DNA of 64,000 nucleotides from Gammaproteobacteria bacterium (lineage in GTDB: Bacteria > Pseudomonadota > Gammaproteobacteria > Legionellales > Legionellaceae): the NCBI GenBank assembly GCA_030147855.1, contig JASBUO010000044.1, positions 1,678-65,677 of the forward strand. Reading direction: 5' to 3'. The notes under the pieces are model-generated. The model made no database searches and was not told the DNA's origin. It worked only from the letters and a program-made list of their open reading frames with translations. A program made the translations under genes and the position numbers. Shown piece by piece: positions 27,842-38,392 of this stretch. Position 1 is the first letter of the stretch. Each line of letters begins with the position of its first letter.

Positions 27842-28895
27842 CCCGGCATTCACCGAAGCACTGCTTGCATGGTTTGATATTCACGGACGTAAAAACCTCC
27901 CCTGGCAAAATCCACGTACCCCTTATTTTGTGTGGGTTTCAGAGGTTATGTTGCAGCAAACACAAGTAAAGACTGTTATTCCTTATTTTCTAAAGTTTAT
28001 AAAGCGCTTTCCAACCCTTCAAACACTTGCAGAGGCAACAGAAGACGAAGTATTAGCATACTGGGCAGGCCTTGGCTACTACAGCCGAGGACGCAATCTT
28101 CAGAAAACAGCCTCGCGCATCATGGCACAGTTTGAGGGTGTTTTTCCGAGTGAATCAAAGCAACTCATTGATTTGCCAGGTATTGGCGAATCAACAGCCG
28201 CGGCCATTAGGTCCCTTGCGTTTAACCAACCTGCCGCCATCTTAGACGGCAACGTTAAACGTATTTTAAGCCGCTACTTTTTAATTGCAGGAAAACCCAA
28301 CACCACAGCTATTAAAAAGCAATATCAAGCACATGCAACCGCCTGCCTCCCCGCAACACGTGCCGCCGACTATACTCAAGCCATTATGGATTTAGGTGCG
28401 CTTATCTGCACCCCAAAAAAACCGGATTGTGAACAATGCCCCGTACAAAACACATGCCTTGCCTATCAGCGCCAATTAACACATCAGTACCCAGAAAAAA
28501 AACCGAAAAAAAAACTACCAACGCATGAGGCCCAGTTTATCTTACTACACGATAAAACATACTCAATGATTTACCTCGAGAAGCAGCCTTCAAATGGTTT
28601 GTGGGGTGGATTATGGAGCCTACCAAGGCTTAAAAAAGAAGCATGTGCCATCACACATATTCAAGCAACACATAAGCTTAATACAGCTGTCAGTTTATCG
28701 CTGCCTTTTATCAAACATACGTTTACACACTTTAAGCTGATGCTATACCCACGCGCACTTTGCGTGGAATCGAGCACACTCAAAAAAGTTCTGCCTGAAA
28801 ATGGGCGTTGGGTTGCTATTGACACGCTACATACCTTCGGCCTTGCAAAACCCATCAAAGCCATCATCCAACACTTTTTAACACAAACTGTCTAG
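27813..28895 (+). CDS. mutY: A/G-specific adenine DNA glycosylase
   Basis: LLAWFDIHGRKNLPWQNPRTPYFVWVSEVMLQQTQV, a 4Fe-4S Cys cluster (CTPKKPDCEQCPVQNTC), and a C-terminal NUDIX-like domain. Start at ATG 27813 by alignment logic with E. coli MutY. It overlaps asmA by 29 nt. Confidence 0.9.
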   Translation: MSLSNPLQNNPAFTEALLAWFDIHGRKNLPWQNPRTPYFVWVSEVMLQQTQVKTVIPYFLKFIKRFPTLQTLAEATEDEVLAYWAGLGYYSRGRNLQKTASRIMAQFEGVFPSESKQLIDLPGIGESTAAAIRSLAFNQPAAILDGNVKRILSRYFLIAGKPNTTAIKKQYQAHATACLPATRAADYTQAIMDLGALICTPKKPDCEQCPVQNTCLAYQRQLTHQYPEKKPKKKLPTHEAQFILLHDKTYSMIYLEKQPSNGLWGGLWSLPRLKKEACAITHIQATHKLNTAVSLSLPFIKHTFTHFKLMLYPRALCVESSTLKKVLPENGRWVAIDTLHTFGLAKPIKAIIQHFLTQTV

Positions 28896-28903
28896 AACCT
28901 CTC

Positions 28904-28963
28904 AAAGTCACTAGACCACGTCATCTCGAGGCTTTGCCTACGTGGCAACCTAGTGACTTTTTT
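28904..28963 (+). terminator. intrinsic terminator after mutY (nested hairpin plus T-run)
   Basis: Outer stem aaagtcactag (28904-28914) pairs with ctagtgacttt (28950-28960). Inner stem is ccacgt/acgtgg (28916-28921 / 28940-28945). A run of 6 T ends at 28963. Confidence 0.55.
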
Positions 28964-29047
28964 AAGAACACTGGTTTGCTTCAGCCACCAGTGGCTTCGC
29001 AATAACAGGGTCTTTTTCGATGTTTGCCCCAAACAGACTAAGAGTGC

Positions 29048-29380
29048 CTAATAGGGGTGCCTCTCTTCCTCTCTCAATTGGCGTGCCGCAACAATGGCAT
29101 CCGTCTGCCCTGCCGCAGCTGCCTTATTAATCCATTTAGCTGCTTTTTTTCGGTCTTCAACCACACCCTCACCATAATAATACATGTAGCCAATGGCATA
29201 TTGCGCTTCTGGATTACCTTTTTCAGCTTCAGGCATTAAACGAATAAAAGCTGAACGATAATTTTGCTCTTTAAAAGAGTGAATTCCCTCTCGCAAATTC
29301 AGCGAACTCATTGCACACGCAGTGAGACTAAGCAGTGATAAACCCACAATACACCCTTTCAAACGCACCAAAAAACGCAT
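29048..29380 (-). CDS. Sel1-repeat (SLR/TPR-like) lipoprotein
   Basis: Lipobox LSLTAC, and the canonical Sel1 motif AQYAIGYMYYYGEGVVEDRKKAAKWINKAAAAGQTDA. Confidence 0.75.
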   Translation of the reverse strand: MRFLVRLKGCIVGLSLLSLTACAMSSLNLREGIHSFKEQNYRSAFIRLMPEAEKGNPEAQYAIGYMYYYGEGVVEDRKKAAKWINKAAAAGQTDAIVAARQLREEERHPY

Positions 29381-29388
29381 ACACCACC

Positions 29389-29895
29389 TTAATCTTGTTT
29401 TAGAGCCTCGGGCAAAGGAGAAAAGAATAATTCATTTTTAGGCAAACTTAAACTTTCCATGACACCATCATGCATTAACAATATGCCCTCAGGCGTAATC
29501 CGCTTAATAATAGCGCCGCCAGGCACTGTATCCCCCACACGAAATAATTTCACGGTATGATCTGACAACTCCAACATGACATGTGACGCTGCCGCTTCCG
29601 ATGCAAACAAAATACCCACCACAGATAGCTTTAGAGAAGAGCGCTTAACTCCCGCAGCACCTACCTCACTCGGCACATAGTCTCCGAAAAAGCTCACGGT
29701 GAGTGCCGCTGGGTTTTTGACTGTCCGTGGCGCTTTCGCGCGCTTAATAACCGGTGCTTCTGTAGGTATTGTTGCCGTATCTAGCTGTAATGCTGCCCGA
29801 ACGCCGCTCACCCACTCAATCATAATTAAAACCACTATAAGCCCTGCAAGTAGCTTTAAATAATCATCTTTGAAGCGCCGTATCCAATTCATCAA
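29389..29895 (-). CDS. membrane-anchored protein resembling the TM plus HR domain of type II secretion protein C (GspC-like), no PDZ domain
   Basis: N-terminal TM (LLAGLIVVLIMIEWV) and a C-terminal segment LKLSVVGILFAS...VKLFRVGDTVPGGAIIKRITPEGILLMHDGVMESLSL that resembles the GspC HR domain pattern. Motif-level only. Confidence 0.35.
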   Translation of the reverse strand: MMNWIRRFKDDYLKLLAGLIVVLIMIEWVSGVRAALQLDTATIPTEAPVIKRAKAPRTVKNPAALTVSFFGDYVPSEVGAAGVKRSSLKLSVVGILFASEAAASHVMLELSDHTVKLFRVGDTVPGGAIIKRITPEGILLMHDGVMESLSLPKNELFFSPLPEALKQD

Positions 29896-30005
29896 TACAC
29901 ACTTCCCGCATAATTCTTGTGAGTATAGTTTAGCACGAAGTTAAACTGGTTCGAGTGATTTATCCATGCCATAATAAATCTCTGTTCTATTACCTTGAAT
30001 GCATC

Positions 30006-31157
30006 ATGCATAAAACACACTTTGATACCCGTGCCATTCATGCAGGTCAAACACCCGATGCAACAACGGGTGCAGTTATGACCCCCATTTATGCAACCTC
30101 AACGTATGCACAAAAGGCACCCGGTGAACACTTAGGCTTTGAATATTCACGCAGCCAAAATCCAACGCGATTCGCATATGAAGCCTGCCTTGCAAATCTT
30201 GAGTCTGGCGCACATGGATTTGCATTTGCATCAGGAATGGCCGCCATTAATACTGTTATCGATTTGCTCGATGCTGATGCACACGTACTTGCATTAGATG
30301 ATTTGTATGGTGGTACATATCGTCTATTCAATCAAGTCAAAACACGTACTAACCGCTTAAAATTCTCATTTATCGATATGATAGATGTAGAAGCCATTGA
30401 AGCAGCAATCCAACCAAATACCCAGATGATTTGGCTCGAAACCCCTTCAAACCCACTGCTAAAACTGGTTGACCTTAAAGCCATTGCAGCCCTTGGCAAA
30501 AAGCATGGCCTCATTACTGTTGCAGATAATACCTTTGCAACACCCTGGATTCAGCGCCCGCTTGAAACAGGCATTGATATTGTCGTGCACTCAGCTACCA
30601 AATATTTAAACGGGCACTCAGATGTCGTCAATGGTATTGTGGCCATTGGTGATAACCCTGTACTTGCAGAAAAAATAGGGTTTTTACAAAACTCCTGTGG
30701 CGCCATTGCAGCTCCCTTTGATAGCTTTTTGGTACTACGTAGCTTAAAAACCCTAGCACTTCGCATGGAGCGCCACTGTAAAAATGCAGCAACCCTTGCA
30801 ACCTTTCTTGAAGCACATCCACGCATTGAGCGTGTTATTTATCCAGGCCTAAAAAGCCATCCTCAACATGCGCTAGCAACAGAGCAAATGCATGCGTTTG
30901 GTGGTATGATCTCAGCAACTCTTAACGGTGGCCTTCAAGCAGCTCAGTCAATGCTTACACGCTGCAAGCACTTTACCCTTGCTGAAAGCTTAGGGGGCGT
31001 CGAAAGCTTAATTGAGCACCCTGCCATTATGACACACGCAAGCATTCCAAAAGAAAAGCGTGAAGCCATCGGCATTAGCGATGGTCTCATCCGACTCTCG
31101 GTAGGCATTGAGCACCTTGACGACTTAAAAGCTGATTTAGAACAAGCACTTAACTGA
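30006..31157 (+). CDS. PLP-dependent trans-sulfuration enzyme (cystathionine beta-lyase/gamma-synthase family)
   Basis: MHKTHFDTRAIHAGQTPDATTGAVMTPIYATSTY, and the PLP-Lys motif HSATKYLNGHSD. Start trimmed to ATG 30006. Confidence 0.85.
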   Translation: MHKTHFDTRAIHAGQTPDATTGAVMTPIYATSTYAQKAPGEHLGFEYSRSQNPTRFAYEACLANLESGAHGFAFASGMAAINTVIDLLDADAHVLALDDLYGGTYRLFNQVKTRTNRLKFSFIDMIDVEAIEAAIQPNTQMIWLETPSNPLLKLVDLKAIAALGKKHGLITVADNTFATPWIQRPLETGIDIVVHSATKYLNGHSDVVNGIVAIGDNPVLAEKIGFLQNSCGAIAAPFDSFLVLRSLKTLALRMERHCKNAATLATFLEAHPRIERVIYPGLKSHPQHALATEQMHAFGGMISATLNGGLQAAQSMLTRCKHFTLAESLGGVESLIEHPAIMTHASIPKEKREAIGISDGLIRLSVGIEHLDDLKADLEQALN

Positions 31158-31182
31158 TAATTGATACACAATAGGAATACTG

Positions 31183-32007
31183 ATGTTAGAAGAAAAAATA
31201 AATCATTACTTTGATATTCGCGACACTTTGTCCCCTAAAAAAGCACCTGCCGATTTGCTGGATTCCTTAACCGAAGTTTTCCATCAACTCGACACAGGCA
31301 CCATTCGCGTCGCAGAACCTAAAGCAGAAGGTTGGGCTGTTAATGCATGGGTTAAAAAAGCCATTTTATTATCGTTTAAATGCTATGAAAATGCAGTAAT
31401 TGAAGGTAAGCACGCACGCTTTTACGATAAATTACCGCTGAAGTTTGCAGATACTACAGCAGAACAATTTAAAACTGCGGGTGTTCGTGTGGTGCCTGAC
31501 GCCATTGCCCGTCGTGGTAGTTTCATTGGAAAAAATACGATTCTTATGCCCTCTTACATTAATGTGGGCGCCTATGTAGACGAAGGTACCATGATTGATA
31601 CCTGGGCAACCGTTGGTTCGTGTGCTCAAATCGGCAAGCACGTACACCTTTCAGGTGGTGCTGGCATTGGTGGTGTTTTAGAACCACTACAAGCGGAACC
31701 CACTATTATTGAAGATCATTGCTTTATTGGAGCACGCTCAGAAATTGTAGAAGGCGTTATTGTTGAACATCACTCGGTCATTTCTATGGGTGTTTTCATC
31801 GGACAAAGCACTAAAATTTATAACCGAATCACAGGTGAAATTACTATGGGACGTGTTCCTGCCGGCTCTGTTGTTGTGCCTGGAAGCTTGCCTAGTAAAG
31901 ATGGCTCACACAGTCTTGCTTGTGCGGTTATTATTAAACAAGTCGATGAAAAAACGCGTTCTAAAGTGGGCATCAATGAGCTCCTACGAGACAATACCAC
32001 ATGCTAA
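31183..32007 (+). CDS. dapD: 2,3,4,5-tetrahydropyridine-2,6-dicarboxylate N-succinyltransferase
   Basis: Hexapeptide-repeat region ([40 protein letters not shown]) and DapD-type N-terminus. Overlaps dapE by 7 nt. Confidence 0.9.
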   Translation: MLEEKINHYFDIRDTLSPKKAPADLLDSLTEVFHQLDTGTIRVAEPKAEGWAVNAWVKKAILLSFKCYENAVIEGKHARFYDKLPLKFADTTAEQFKTAGVRVVPDAIARRGSFIGKNTILMPSYINVGAYVDEGTMIDTWATVGSCAQIGKHVHLSGGAGIGGVLEPLQAEPTIIEDHCFIGARSEIVEGVIVEHHSVISMGVFIGQSTKIYNRITGEITMGRVPAGSVVVPGSLPSKDGSHSLACAVIIKQVDEKTRSKVGINELLRDNTTC

Positions 32008-33134
32008 ACCTAACCACGCTCTTGGCAGAACTCATTGCCTTTCAGTCAATTACCCCAAACGATGCGGGCTGCCAAGATTATTTAATCAAGCAGCTTCAGC
32101 AGTTAAGCTTTCAATGTGAACACTTTAACAATCCACCCGTTTCAAACTTTTTTGCACGCATCGGAGATGTAGAGCCCCTTTTGGTATTTGCAGGACATAC
32201 TGATGTAGTCCCCACTGGTAACTTAGCTGCGTGGCATACAAACCCATTTGAACTACACATTGAAGGCACACAAGCGTTTGGTCGAGGTACCGCAGACATG
32301 AAAGGGAGTCTTGCCGCAATGCTTATTGCAGCCGAGCGCTTTATTAAAAAACATCCAAACTTTAAGGGCAGCCTTGGTTTTTTAATCACCAGTGGTGAAG
32401 AAGGCAATGATTTTGACAAAGGCACACCCTATGTCATGGAACAGCTTGCTAAGCGCGGTATTAAACCCACATATTGCATTGTTGGTGAGCCTTCAAGTAC
32501 AAAAAAACTAGGCGATGTGCTAAAGATTGGCCGCCGTGGCTCGCTCACAGGACACTTTACTTTTAAAGGTAAACAAGGGCATGTGGCCTACCCACACCTT
32601 GCTGAAAATCCTATTCACACAATTGCCCCTGCCCTAAGCAGCCTCGTGCAACGTACCTGGGACACCGGCAATGAGTACTTCCCTCCAAGCACCCTGCAAA
32701 TTACGCATATTCAGTCTGGAGGAGAAGCAAATAATATCATTCCCGGTGAGCTTATTTTGCAATTAAATGTTCGCTTCTCTACCGAGCAAACTGCGGAAAA
32801 ACTGATACATGCTATTGAGGATCACTTTAAAGCTCATGCACTCAATCCTAAAGTTACATGGCGCGTTAATGGCGAGCCGTTCCTGACCTCATCTGGTGCT
32901 TTGGTCAACGCATGTGTTGATGCACTTAAGCACGAAACGCATCAAACGCCTGAACTTTCGACGACTGGTGGCACCTCTGATGCACGATTTATTGCACCTT
33001 TAGGTGTTGAAGTGGTTGAACTCGGGCCCATCAATGCAACCATACACCAAGTGAATGAGTCGGTTCATTTAAAGGATTTAGAAATGCTGAGTGCAATTTA
33101 TTATGACATTACTAGGCGCTTGTTAACTGAATAA
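32001..33134 (+). CDS. dapE: succinyl-diaminopimelate desuccinylase
   Basis: M20 peptidase motifs: [24 protein letters not shown] and GGTSDARF. Confidence 0.9.
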   Translation: MLNLTTLLAELIAFQSITPNDAGCQDYLIKQLQQLSFQCEHFNNPPVSNFFARIGDVEPLLVFAGHTDVVPTGNLAAWHTNPFELHIEGTQAFGRGTADMKGSLAAMLIAAERFIKKHPNFKGSLGFLITSGEEGNDFDKGTPYVMEQLAKRGIKPTYCIVGEPSSTKKLGDVLKIGRRGSLTGHFTFKGKQGHVAYPHLAENPIHTIAPALSSLVQRTWDTGNEYFPPSTLQITHIQSGGEANNIIPGELILQLNVRFSTEQTAEKLIHAIEDHFKAHALNPKVTWRVNGEPFLTSSGALVNACVDALKHETHQTPELSTTGGTSDARFIAPLGVEVVELGPINATIHQVNESVHLKDLEMLSAIYYDITRRLLTE

Positions 33135-33159
33135 TCTTAACCAAAAAGGAAAAAAACAC

Positions 33160-33603
33160 ATGGACAAGGACACGAATGTACCACTTTTTGTGTCAGTGGT
33201 TAGCTTACTGATTGGGTGCTACGATTTGCTACGGGGCTTTATGCACACTTTTAACTTGCAATACTCAGCGCTATACATTGCAAAACTCAACTTAGCCACT
33301 CCCCAAGCATCTGATTTGTTGCGCCTTTTAGGTGTGTTTGGCGTTTCAAACTTTATTACAGGCGCCATGCTCATTTTAGTTGCCTTTGCCGCACGCGGAC
33401 TTGCCTTAATGATGCTACTTATTATCCCAATCGCATACAGTATCGGTATGATTACTGTTCGCTACAACTCTGAGAGTTACACACCAACCCATGCAGCCTG
33501 GGGCGGTATGACCCCAATGATGGTTTACCTTACTATTTGTCTTATAACCTTTGTTGCAGGGCTCATTGGTACTTTATACAACAAAAGTAATAATGATTAT
33601 TAG
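33160..33603 (+). CDS. hypothetical integral membrane protein (4 TM)
   Basis: Four hydrophobic helices. SD aaggaaaaaaacacATG. No recognised family. Confidence 0.5.
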   Translation: MDKDTNVPLFVSVVSLLIGCYDLLRGFMHTFNLQYSALYIAKLNLATPQASDLLRLLGVFGVSNFITGAMLILVAFAARGLALMMLLIIPIAYSIGMITVRYNSESYTPTHAAWGGMTPMMVYLTICLITFVAGLIGTLYNKSNNDY

Positions 33604-33631
33604 GGCCTTATATTTTTCGACAAAAGCAGCT

Positions 33632-34714
33632 TCAATGATTACGGGTATATTTATCCACGCAAAGTAACACAACAAACCAAAGCAACACGTAACTCACAGA
33701 ATAAACAAGTGACGCATTTTGTGGGGTTAAAGTACCAAATAACACTTCTGTCAGATAAAAGCGAAAAGACACCAGCTCTCCAACAACATTTCTTACATGT
33801 ATCAGTGCCTGAATTTTTAAAAAGATGACATGCAACATATATACCAGCAATGCATGCCGCCCAAATACATGAAAAAAGCGCGCCCACATACGCCAGAGCT
33901 TTATTTCAATCAATGTATACGCCAAAGCAAAGCTCAGCAAAAAAATTCCTATCGTCCACAACACATAAGTGCTTGACCATAGCGATTTATTAATTGGTAA
34001 CACCATCCCCAGACGCCACCCTACGACAGACAAAAATATCCCTACACAACACATCCAAATTACTTGTTGCTCTTTTGTTTTGCCAGATATAAGCTGAAAC
34101 CCAATCATATTTCCAAATAAAACCGATGCAATGGCTGGCAATGTACTTAATAGACCTTCTGGATCAAAGGTTTGGGTGTATAAATGATTAGAAGAAAACA
34201 AAAATCTATCTACATATCCAACGACGCCCGTCCCAAGTATAGATAGCATGAGTACATAGATAAGCAATATCCCCCATGCAATCAATATCTGTGTTCGTAG
34301 ACTGGTTGTTAAAAACAAATAGGCCGATACCAAATAGCAAAGCGCAATACGTTGTAGCACCCCCATCACTCGAAGTGTTGACCAATCGAACACATGATAT
34401 GGAAATATATTCAGTAACACCCCCATTAAAAAAATAAATATGCTTCGTTTAAACACTTTTTTGAAAATAACTGCCTGGGAAAGCCCCTTCGCTTTTAAAT
34501 TAGACAAGGCTAATACAGCCGAAATACCCACAATAACAATGAAAAAGGGAAACACAATATCAGCCAGCGTACACCCATTCCATGCAGAATGCTCCAACCA
34601 ACCATAAGGCTTTGGGTGCCCCGGACTATTAACAATAATCATGAAAACAATAGTGATACCTCGAAATACATCAAGTGATAGCACCCTTGGAGTACTTTTG
34701 TTTAAACGATTCAA
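33632..34714 (-). CDS. multi-pass membrane acyltransferase-like protein (DUF1624/DUF5009, HGSNAT-like)
   Basis: The N-terminal motif RVLSLDVFRGITIVFMIIVNSPG is characteristic of the heparan-alpha-glucosaminide N-acetyltransferase-like family. About 10-11 TM helices. Confidence 0.55.
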   Translation of the reverse strand: MNRLNKSTPRVLSLDVFRGITIVFMIIVNSPGHPKPYGWLEHSAWNGCTLADIVFPFFIVIVGISAVLALSNLKAKGLSQAVIFKKVFKRSIFIFLMGVLLNIFPYHVFDWSTLRVMGVLQRIALCYLVSAYLFLTTSLRTQILIAWGILLIYVLMLSILGTGVVGYVDRFLFSSNHLYTQTFDPEGLLSTLPAIASVLFGNMIGFQLISGKTKEQQVIWMCCVGIFLSVVGWRLGMVLPINKSLWSSTYVLWTIGIFLLSFALAYTLIEIKLWRMWARFFHVFGRHALLVYMLHVIFLKIQALIHVRNVVGELVSFRFYLTEVLFGTLTPQNASLVYSVSYVLLWFVVLLCVDKYTRNH

Positions 34715-34861
34715 AATAATATCTCGATGCAGCAGATCCGATTACATACAAGTTTAGTATCCCTTACACAAATACCGAAAGGCAAGCATGCCCAATAACT
34801 AATACTTTATTTTTTTGTTCTATAATAAACCTATGTGTTTAAATAAATTAAGAGGTAGGCA

Positions 34862-35383
34862 ATGGGAACGGTCTATATTGAAGGGGTTGTAAGCGCAAAC
34901 AGTAATATACTTGACGCTAAATTGGGTGCATGGGAAGTACTTCGAGGCTTCAGCAATACATTTGGAAGCATTTCAGGATTCACCGTGAACTCCAAGGAGC
35001 TTGGCAATACATTCTATATAAAACTTGATGGCGCTGAAATTCAAAACAACTACACACCCAGTACTGTAAAAAAAATAGACGGTATTTTTGATACCCTAAA
35101 AGGTGAAGGTCAATTTGAAAGCCTTAGAACGCTTGAGGAAACCCCGCAACTCGTTCAATTATTTGCACAACTCGAGGCGAAAAATAATCCCACCAAAAGC
35201 ATTGTGATTGATGAAGACTTAGATGTTTCTGCAGAACTTACAGAGGCAAATATACCAAAAGGGAAAGAAGATGTGCTCCTTCAAGAAATAGCGGATCGTG
35301 ACACACCTACAACAAAGGGTTTACCCGATGATGGCGAAGAGGAAGATGAACATACCTCTTACAATCCTATACATCGCCAGTAA
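34862..35383 (+). CDS. hypothetical soluble protein with an acidic C-terminal tail
   Basis: SD aagaggtaggcaATG, with TATAAT about 40 nt upstream. No signal peptide and no recognised family. The C-terminus is DDGEEEDEHTSYNPIHRQ. Confidence 0.5.
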   Translation: MGTVYIEGVVSANSNILDAKLGAWEVLRGFSNTFGSISGFTVNSKELGNTFYIKLDGAEIQNNYTPSTVKKIDGIFDTLKGEGQFESLRTLEETPQLVQLFAQLEAKNNPTKSIVIDEDLDVSAELTEANIPKGKEDVLLQEIADRDTPTTKGLPDDGEEEDEHTSYNPIHRQ

Positions 35384-37145
35384 TAAACCCGTGTGATTGC
35401 ATTTGCCAAAGAGCATAAAACCTGCTGCCCTTATCCGCAAGCAATGCATTTAAAGTGCCGTCTTCTCGAATTTTGCCGTCCGCAAACACCAAAATTCTGT
35501 CCATATCTTTCAAGGTGGCAAGGCGGTGTGCAATCACAAGCGTCGTTTTATGACGCATTACATCATGCAAGGCTGCATGAATGTCACGCTCTGTCATTGA
35601 ATCAAGAGATGAGGTCGCCTCATCTAGCAACAAAATAGGCGCATTTTTAAGAAAGGCACGTGCGATAGCAACTCGCTGCTTCTGTCCCCCAGAAAGTTTA
35701 ACCCCACGCTCTCCAACCAAGGCATCATACTGCTTTGGTAACGCCATAATAAATTCATGGCAGCGTGCTTTTTTAGCTGCTTCAATTACTTCCTCATTTG
35801 ATGCATCGGGCCTTGCAAATTTGATATTTTCTAAAATCGTTTGGTGAAATAATTCTGGCTCTTGCGGAATTGTGCCAATTTGCCTTCTAAGCGAGCTAAT
35901 ACTGACGTCCTTTATTGCTTGACCATCAATACGTATATCACCTGATGCTGTATCTAGGAGGCGCAGCATCAGCTTAATAAAAGTCGACTTCCCAGCCCCT
36001 GAATAACCCACTAATCCAATTTTCTGGCCGGGTTGAATCTCAACCGTCAAATCCTTAAAAATAGGCAGTTGGCCCTCATAAGCAAATAAAACTTGATTAA
36101 ATTGTATGCGCCCTTCAGTTACCTGAAGCGCGGTTGCATGGGATGCATCTGTGATTTCATGAGGAGTTGTTAATAAAGCAAGTGCCTGGTTGCACGTCCC
36201 TTTCACCTTAGAAAAACGCTGCATTTGATTTCCTAAATCATATACCGCGCCTGTAAATGCGCCTGATAGCATCAAAACCAATGCAAAATCACCCGCTCCA
36301 ACAAATCCAAGCTTTAAGCCTTGCAATAATGCAGTCAGCATTGACGCCATTAACACAGTCACCAAAAGCCCTAATACAAAATGTGTTTTTAAGCTGTACC
36401 ATTGAAACGCGCGATCACAATTCACAAGTGTTGTCAGTTTCTCACCGATATACAGCACTTGATGCTTGATATTATCAAATAACTTCACACTCAAAACATT
36501 TGAAAATGCATCTGAGGTCACGCCATCTAATTTAGAAAAAGCCTCTGAGGTATTTTTGGAAAGTGTTTCTGCATGCCTTGAGAAAAAATAAGAAAAGCCA
36601 ACAAATACAATGCCCCACGTCAGTAAAATAAGCCCAAAAATAGGATGCACCACCTGAAACAGTGTCATACTTGCAACCAGCGCCGAGAGCCCTCTCGATA
36701 TAAACCACTCATTAGGAATCGAGATGAGCATTTCCGTATTCACGACCAGGTCAACAATTTTTCGGGTTAAACCACCCACGAGCTGCTCTTGAAAAAAAGC
36801 GTACGAGTGCTGCATGATGTATGCAAACATATCCTTATGAATCGTTGCATTTATCTTTGGAATAAGCTTTAGATTAATATAGTTATAAAAACGAAAATTT
36901 AAATTTAATACCAAGGACATCGAAGCATACAACACAACCGGTATGATAATTGCTTGAAATAATTTCTGTGTGTTTTTTGCCTCACGTATAACGGTATCAA
37001 TAATAACTTTCAGCAAATAAGGGCTGAAAGACATCTCAAACGCCCATACCAAAGCGACCAACAAAAAGCCGGCTAAATATCTCTTCTCACAACGCAAGTA
37101 GCGCCATACAAAAGGTCCGATCTTATTTGGTAACATATCACTCAT
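35367..37145 (-). CDS. ABC transporter, fused permease/ATP-binding protein (MsbA/multidrug-exporter type)
   Basis: A 6-TM N-terminal half, Walker A GYSGAGKST, signature LSGGQKQRVAIARAF and Walker B ILLLDEATS. Its ATG overlaps the upstream gene's stop (ATGA). Confidence 0.85.
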   Translation of the reverse strand: MSDMLPNKIGPFVWRYLRCEKRYLAGFLLVALVWAFEMSFSPYLLKVIIDTVIREAKNTQKLFQAIIIPVVLYASMSLVLNLNFRFYNYINLKLIPKINATIHKDMFAYIMQHSYAFFQEQLVGGLTRKIVDLVVNTEMLISIPNEWFISRGLSALVASMTLFQVVHPIFGLILLTWGIVFVGFSYFFSRHAETLSKNTSEAFSKLDGVTSDAFSNVLSVKLFDNIKHQVLYIGEKLTTLVNCDRAFQWYSLKTHFVLGLLVTVLMASMLTALLQGLKLGFVGAGDFALVLMLSGAFTGAVYDLGNQMQRFSKVKGTCNQALALLTTPHEITDASHATALQVTEGRIQFNQVLFAYEGQLPIFKDLTVEIQPGQKIGLVGYSGAGKSTFIKLMLRLLDTASGDIRIDGQAIKDVSISSLRRQIGTIPQEPELFHQTILENIKFARPDASNEEVIEAAKKARCHEFIMALPKQYDALVGERGVKLSGGQKQRVAIARAFLKNAPILLLDEATSSLDSMTERDIHAALHDVMRHKTTLVIAHRLATLKDMDRILVFADGKIREDGTLNALLADKGSRFYALWQMQSHGFITGDV

Positions 37146-38392
37146 GCAGCCCTCGGCTCAACAACTGCAACATCAAGCACATGCGTATCGACCACTTTTG
37201 TCACACAAGAATCAGACCACACATTCAATGCTGTTTCTAACATATCAATCAAACTATAAAAAGGAAGAATAATCCCCATTAAAGTAATAGGTACATTCAT
37301 ACTCGCAAGTAAACTGGCACTCAAAAAGAAACAACCCATTGGAATACCAGCGTTTCCAATAGCTGCAACGGTTGAAATCACAATCCATAATCCCATTGCA
37401 GGCATTGAGAGGGTGATACCATGGTTTTGCATTAAATACACCACGGTTGCAAAAATAAATGCAGCACACCCGTTCATATTAATGCTTGTGCAAAGTGGTA
37501 AAACAAACCGGCTAAGCTCTGGTTGAACGCCAAGCTTTTGTTCTATTGTATCCATCGTGACCGGCAAAGCACCCACTGAAGACTTCGTAAAAAATGCAAG
37601 CGATAAAGCAGGCATCATCCGGCGCATCGTAAAAAAAGGCTTTATCCCTTTCATTTTTAACCAAGCGGGTAAAATCACAAAGCCTTGAACTACATTAGCC
37701 AGCACAACAATTAAGAGATATTCTCCAATCCCTTGTAAGTCGGCACCACTGCGCACTTGTATCACTGTTGATGTAATAAATCCATACAGCCCTAGCGGAA
37801 TAATGAGGATAACCCAACGCGTAATCACCATCATCATCCCATGCGCTCCTGAAAAAAAGTGTGTAATGGTTTCACGCGCGTCAGCATTTGGAATAGAACG
37901 TGTTGCAACCCCCACAACAATACTCAAAAATAAAACACTCAATACTTGATTTTCAAGAAATGGAGCAAACACATTTTCAGGAATTAAATGCGATACATGG
38001 CTTAAATAGCTTACACCGGTTGTAGGTAAATCTTGCGTAACTTCACCTACAGTTGTCACAAGACTTGGATGAATCAACAAATACAAAATACAGCTAATAC
38101 CTGCTGCAATCAGCGTAGTTCCTAAGGTATAACACATGGTACGGCGCCACACATGCTTCATCATACCCTCAGAACGATAATGAGCAAGTGTAACAATGAT
38201 AGACAGGGCAATAATTGGCAAACTAATACATTTAAAAATACGAATAAACACGTCTGCTACAAAAAGTCCGGTTGCTTTTAAGGACTCAATATCTGACAAG
38301 CCACTCAAAATACCCAATACTATCATCATCGCATACAACATCGGTACGCTTAACCAAATTGGCCGTTTTTTTTCCTGGTTATTTGCGCACAT
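37142..38392 (-). CDS. dicarboxylate/amino acid:cation symporter (DAACS family)
   Basis: The motif FFTKSSVGALPVT and overall topology are typical of the GltP/DctA family. The ATG at 38392 has the SD AGGAG 5 nt upstream; the tracked start at 38407 is TTG. Confidence 0.85.
   Translation of the reverse strand: MCANNQEKKRPIWLSVPMLYAMMIVLGILSGLSDIESLKATGLFVADVFIRIFKCISLPIIALSIIVTLAHYRSEGMMKHVWRRTMCYTLGTTLIAAGISCILYLLIHPSLVTTVGEVTQDLPTTGVSYLSHVSHLIPENVFAPFLENQVLSVLFLSIVVGVATRSIPNADARETITHFFSGAHGMMMVITRWVILIIPLGLYGFITSTVIQVRSGADLQGIGEYLLIVVLANVVQGFVILPAWLKMKGIKPFFTMRRMMPALSLAFFTKSSVGALPVTMDTIEQKLGVQPELSRFVLPLCTSINMNGCAAFIFATVVYLMQNHGITLSMPAMGLWIVISTVAAIGNAGIPMGCFFLSASLLASMNVPITLMGIILPFYSLIDMLETALNVWSDSCVTKVVDTHVLDVAVVEPRAA

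Noticed and set aside
35367-35383. The 17-nt convergent overlap of the 173-aa ORF and the ABC transporter gene as evidence of a mis-called gene
   Set aside because: Short 3'-3' overlaps are common. Both frames have independent support (ABC motifs on one side, SD plus promoter on the other), so neither call was dropped.
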